A DNA stretch of 32,000 nucleotides. It comes from Methanococcus maripaludis (GTDB lineage: Archaea; AGJL01; Methanococci; Methanococcales; Methanococcaceae). Position numbers and translations under genes: made by a program. Below are positions 28,971 to 32,000 of this stretch, one piece after another (positions within the stretch are counted from its first letter, which is position 1; each line of letters begins with the position of its first letter). Under the pieces are notes generated by a model that did not search any database, was not told the origin of the DNA, and worked only from the letters and a program-made list of their open reading frames with translations. The DNA lies in NCBI RefSeq assembly GCF_002945325.1, contig NZ_CP026606.1, positions 1,110,001-1,142,000 of the forward strand. Direction: 5' to 3'.

Positions 28971-29753
28971 GTGGAATTAAAATTGTCTGTACCTCAGTGG
29001 CACTACAGCATGCTTTTGGATGATGAACGGGTTTCAGTATTTAAAGAAGCAGTTGAAACTTCCGTAAAACCTGGGGACATTGTATTTGATCTTGGGACTG
29101 GAAGCGGAATTCTTGCAATGATTGCAGCGAAAAATGCAAAGCACGTTTATGCAGTAGAATTGGACCCAATAACGACAGAATATACAAGAGAAAATATAAA
29201 TGAAAATAATTTTGAGAATATCACTGTTATCGAGGATGATGCAGCATACTATCCATTTTCCGAAAAAGCAGATGTGGTAATTGCAGAACTTTTAGACACA
29301 GGATTAATTACCGAACCACAGGTTCCTGTTTTAAATTCGATAATTGAAAAGGGGCTTTTAAAAGAAGGGGGAATAATAATCCCAGAAGAAGTTTATAATT
29401 CCGCCCAAATAGTAAAATCAAAAATGGGCCACATTTACTACGATGAAGAAGTAACATCTGAAGAAGTTTCAAACGAGATTGTTTACGATACAATTAATTT
29501 TTATCGGGTAAATGATGAAGATGTCGAATATTTACTCGAATTTGATTTAAAAGAAGACGTAAAAAATCCTGCTGTAAGATTGAACACTTATACTAAATTA
29601 AAAGAAAATCTTATTTCTGGATCAAGCCCTATGTTAAATCCACCGCTTGTAATTCCAATAAATGGTGAATTAAAGACGGGAACTGTTAAAATAAAATTAT
29701 CCTACATAATGGGCGGAGATTTAGAATCAATAAATGTTGAAATTATAAAATGA
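28971..29753 (+). CDS. SAM-dependent methyltransferase, PRMT-like (GTG start)
   Basis: SAM-binding VFDLGTGSGILAMIAAKNAKHVYAVELD and VVIAELLDTGLITEP acidic loop. GGTGG precedes GTG at 28971. Confidence 0.85.
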   Translation: MELKLSVPQWHYSMLLDDERVSVFKEAVETSVKPGDIVFDLGTGSGILAMIAAKNAKHVYAVELDPITTEYTRENINENNFENITVIEDDAAYYPFSEKADVVIAELLDTGLITEPQVPVLNSIIEKGLLKEGGIIIPEEVYNSAQIVKSKMGHIYYDEEVTSEEVSNEIVYDTINFYRVNDEDVEYLLEFDLKEDVKNPAVRLNTYTKLKENLISGSSPMLNPPLVIPINGELKTGTVKIKLSYIMGGDLESINVEIIK

Positions 29754-29780
29754 AGTACAAAATAAAATTTAGGGATTTTT

Positions 29781-30587
29781 ATGAAGATTGGAATATTAGC
29801 CCACAAAAAAACGCCCGAAAATACAATGATTTTTGAAGAACTTAAAAAAAGATGCAGTGTTGAATTTATAGGCCCTTTAAATGTGTTTTTAGGTTCTGAA
29901 AGTTATGATTTTGATTTGATATTATCAAGAGTTGAGCGAGATTTTTTAATCGAGGGCATTTATGCTTTAAAAGACATTTCAAAAGATATTCCAGTTATAA
30001 ATTCGGCTGAAACCATTCAAACGTGTCAAAATAAGTATCTTACCTATTTAAAATTAAAAAAAGTATCTCCAAAATCATTTTTAACCTACTCAAAAGACAT
30101 TTCTGAAATTTTTGATAAAATCGATAATAATTTTGGATACCCCTGCGTTTTAAAGCCAATTTATGGCGGATACGGGGATGGAGTTTTGAAAGTAACTTCA
30201 AAATCTGAGTTTGTTGAAGTTTTTGAAAAAAATGAAAAAAATGAACTTTTTGTTCAGGAATTTGTCCCATATATCCATGACATACGGGTTTTTTTGGTGA
30301 ATAATGAAATCATCGGATCGATGGAAAGAATTCCAAAAAATAGTTGGAAAGCAAATTATTCACTTGGTGCAGAAATAAAGGAATTTAAACTATCAAACGA
30401 AGTTGAAGACATGGTTTTAGATTCTGTAAAAAAATTGGGTGCCGATATTGTTGGAATTGATGTATTAATTTCAAACGATAAAAATTATATTTTAGAAGCA
30501 AACATCACACCGCAGTTTCGGGGAATGATGAATTTTGTAAATGTTCCCGAAAAAATTGCAGATTACTGTATTAATTACCTAAAATAA
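29781..30587 (+). CDS. RimK-related ATP-grasp ligase
   Basis: FGYPCVLKPIYGGYGDGVLKV, LFVQEFVPYIHDIRVFLVNNEIIGSMERI, GADIVGIDVLISNDKNYILEANITPQFRG. Confidence 0.85.
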   Translation: MKIGILAHKKTPENTMIFEELKKRCSVEFIGPLNVFLGSESYDFDLILSRVERDFLIEGIYALKDISKDIPVINSAETIQTCQNKYLTYLKLKKVSPKSFLTYSKDISEIFDKIDNNFGYPCVLKPIYGGYGDGVLKVTSKSEFVEVFEKNEKNELFVQEFVPYIHDIRVFLVNNEIIGSMERIPKNSWKANYSLGAEIKEFKLSNEVEDMVLDSVKKLGADIVGIDVLISNDKNYILEANITPQFRGMMNFVNVPEKIADYCINYLK

Positions 30588-30617
30588 ATTTTAAAAAAGT
30601 TATTTTTAATTTTTAAA

Positions 30618-31283
30618 TTATTCCTTGTTTTCGCTTGAAAATACTTTTCTAACTTCATCTAATGAGTCTGTTTTAGCTAAAATTAAAATTCTATCGTACG
30701 CTTTTAATTCAGTACTTCCATCAGGGATTTTTAATTCGTTTCCTTCGTAAATCGCGATTATAACATAGTCTTTTGTTCCGCCAAGTTCCCTAATTTTTTT
30801 ATCTGCAACTTTTGACGTTGGAGGAATTAGAAGCTCTAAAATCTCTGCATCTCCCCTTCCAACGATTGCAAGGTCTACAACTCCAGGTCTATCAATTAAT
30901 TTTTCGATATAATTTGCTGCAACAAGTTCTGGACTGATTACAACTCCAATTCCAAGGCTTTCAAATACGTCCTTGTAATCTGGCTCACTTACTCTTGCGA
31001 TAGTTTTCGAAACGTTGAATTTTTTTGCAATTAATCCGCTGATTAAATTAATTTCTTGATTTCCGGTAACAGCAATAAATATATCGGCATCTTCAATTCC
31101 TGCATTTTCAAGAGACTTTGTTTTGGTACAGTCCCCGTTAATTACCAGAGCATCGATTTCGCCTGCAACTTCTTCACATGTTTTTTTGTTTTGATCCAGT
31201 ATTACTAAATCGTGCCCTTTACCTGAAAGCGACTTTGCAAGTGAAATTCCAACTCTGCCCATTCCTGCAACTATAATATACAT
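30618..31283 (-). CDS. trkA: TrkA-like K+ transport regulatory protein (TrkA_N + TrkA_C)
   Basis: MYIIVAGMGRVGISLAKSLSGKGHDLVILDQN...INGDCTKTKSLENAGI. Confidence 0.92.
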   Translation of the reverse strand: MYIIVAGMGRVGISLAKSLSGKGHDLVILDQNKKTCEEVAGEIDALVINGDCTKTKSLENAGIEDADIFIAVTGNQEINLISGLIAKKFNVSKTIARVSEPDYKDVFESLGIGVVISPELVAANYIEKLIDRPGVVDLAIVGRGDAEILELLIPPTSKVADKKIRELGGTKDYVIIAIYEGNELKIPDGSTELKAYDRILILAKTDSLDEVRKVFSSENKE

Positions 31284-31298
31284 AAAATTTACCTTTTT

Positions 31299-31853
31299 TT
31301 ACTTTTTTACAATTATTTTTTCGAAATATTCATCATAAGCACCGTGATAATGGGGCAATTCTATAAAAAGTTCTTCTTCCATCTTCAAAAGTTTATCATA
31401 AGTTTTTTTATCTATTTTCCCAATTAATTTATTCGCTATGGCTTTTTTGCAATTGATACTGCAAGGAATAAATCCTGATGGAAGAATAACGGCGTAAGTT
31501 TCTTCATCAAATTCCATATTTTCAATTTCTTTTAAATGTTCAGAATCTATTCCATACCTTGCAGTTTCGGAAAAAGATTTTACACAGCATTCTGGATAAT
31601 CTAAAAGTTCACCAAGTTCTAAATCATCAAGTCTTCGGTATATTCCAAGTTCCGAAGAAACAAATGGATCTATCGCGGGCCTTATTTCAATTTCGTATTT
31701 TTTTACAATTTCAATCTGTTTTTCAAGTCTTTTTAAGATATATTCAAACATATCGTCAGGCATTGACTGAATATGCTTTGAAAGCACCTGAAATTTATCA
31801 GAATCATTATCTCTTAATTCGACTATTTTTTTGTAGAGTCTTTCAATTTCCAT
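31299..31853 (-). CDS. DUF483-like cysteine-containing protein
   Basis: MEIERLYKKIVEL...LLDYPECCVKSF...PSGFIPCSINCKKA...ELPHYHGAYDEYF. The ORF-track start at 31988 would overlap the next gene, so Met at 31853 is preferred. Confidence 0.7.
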   Translation of the reverse strand: MEIERLYKKIVELRDNDSDKFQVLSKHIQSMPDDMFEYILKRLEKQIEIVKKYEIEIRPAIDPFVSSELGIYRRLDDLELGELLDYPECCVKSFSETARYGIDSEHLKEIENMEFDEETYAVILPSGFIPCSINCKKAIANKLIGKIDKKTYDKLLKMEEELFIELPHYHGAYDEYFEKIIVKK

Positions 31854-31935
31854 GGATTTCCCGTTCTTTGAAATTATTTTGTTATATATTATTGTTAGAT
31901 GTATTAAAAAAAGATATTGTTTTAAAATTAACAAA

Positions 31936-32000
31936 TTATTCAAAAACTTTTGACATGCAACCCGCAACAAATCCTGCAACAGCGTCATCTAAAAACATGT
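31936..32000 (-). CDS. C-terminal fragment of a gene extending past the window, possibly PgpA/CobZ-like
   Basis: Minus-strand reading ...MFLDDAVAGFVAGCMSKVFE*; the DDxxAG pattern resembles the PgpA/CobZ C-terminal region. Very short. Confidence 0.35.
   Translation of the reverse strand, partial: MFLDDAVAGFVAGCMSKVFE

Noticed and set aside
1-32000. Possible novel defence, CRISPR or mobile system
   Set aside because: No repeats with regular spacers, integrase, transposase, toxin-antitoxin pair, restriction enzyme or phage-like genes were recognisable on either strand.

Overview
This window is ordinary, gene-dense archaeal chromosome. It is AT-rich, with GGTG/GGAGG ribosome-binding sites and mostly ATG starts. 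Methanogen marker genes (Ehb operon, Ftr, AtwA, methanogenesis marker 16) indicate Methanococcus, probably M. maripaludis or a close relative; the species is an inference. The centrepiece is a nine-gene energy-converting hydrogenase B operon (ehbE, F, G, HI, J, K, L, M, O; about 6288-12925) divergent from atwA. Around it are housekeeping genes: an EmrB-type MFS exporter (truncated), moeA, mtnA-like, aspS, a MIP18-family protein, hisS, alba, a RIO-like kinase, a PAC2-family protein, ftr, DUF99, coaBC, pyruvate kinase, marker 16, a PRMT-like methyltransferase, an ATP-grasp ligase, TrkA and a DUF483-like protein. I saw no CRISPR array, tRNA, rRNA, transposase, or obvious defence system. The best second-look items are: (1) a putative sulfur/selenium-relay operon (thioredoxin-like CPHC protein, a TusA-TusA-DsrE fusion whose first TusA-like domain has lost its Cys, and a small membrane protein); and (2) a decayed second copy of the DUF99 C-terminal coding sequence, so that a small ferritin-like gene lies between two imperfect direct repeats 583 bp apart. 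All calls are by reading the sequence; no database search was run.
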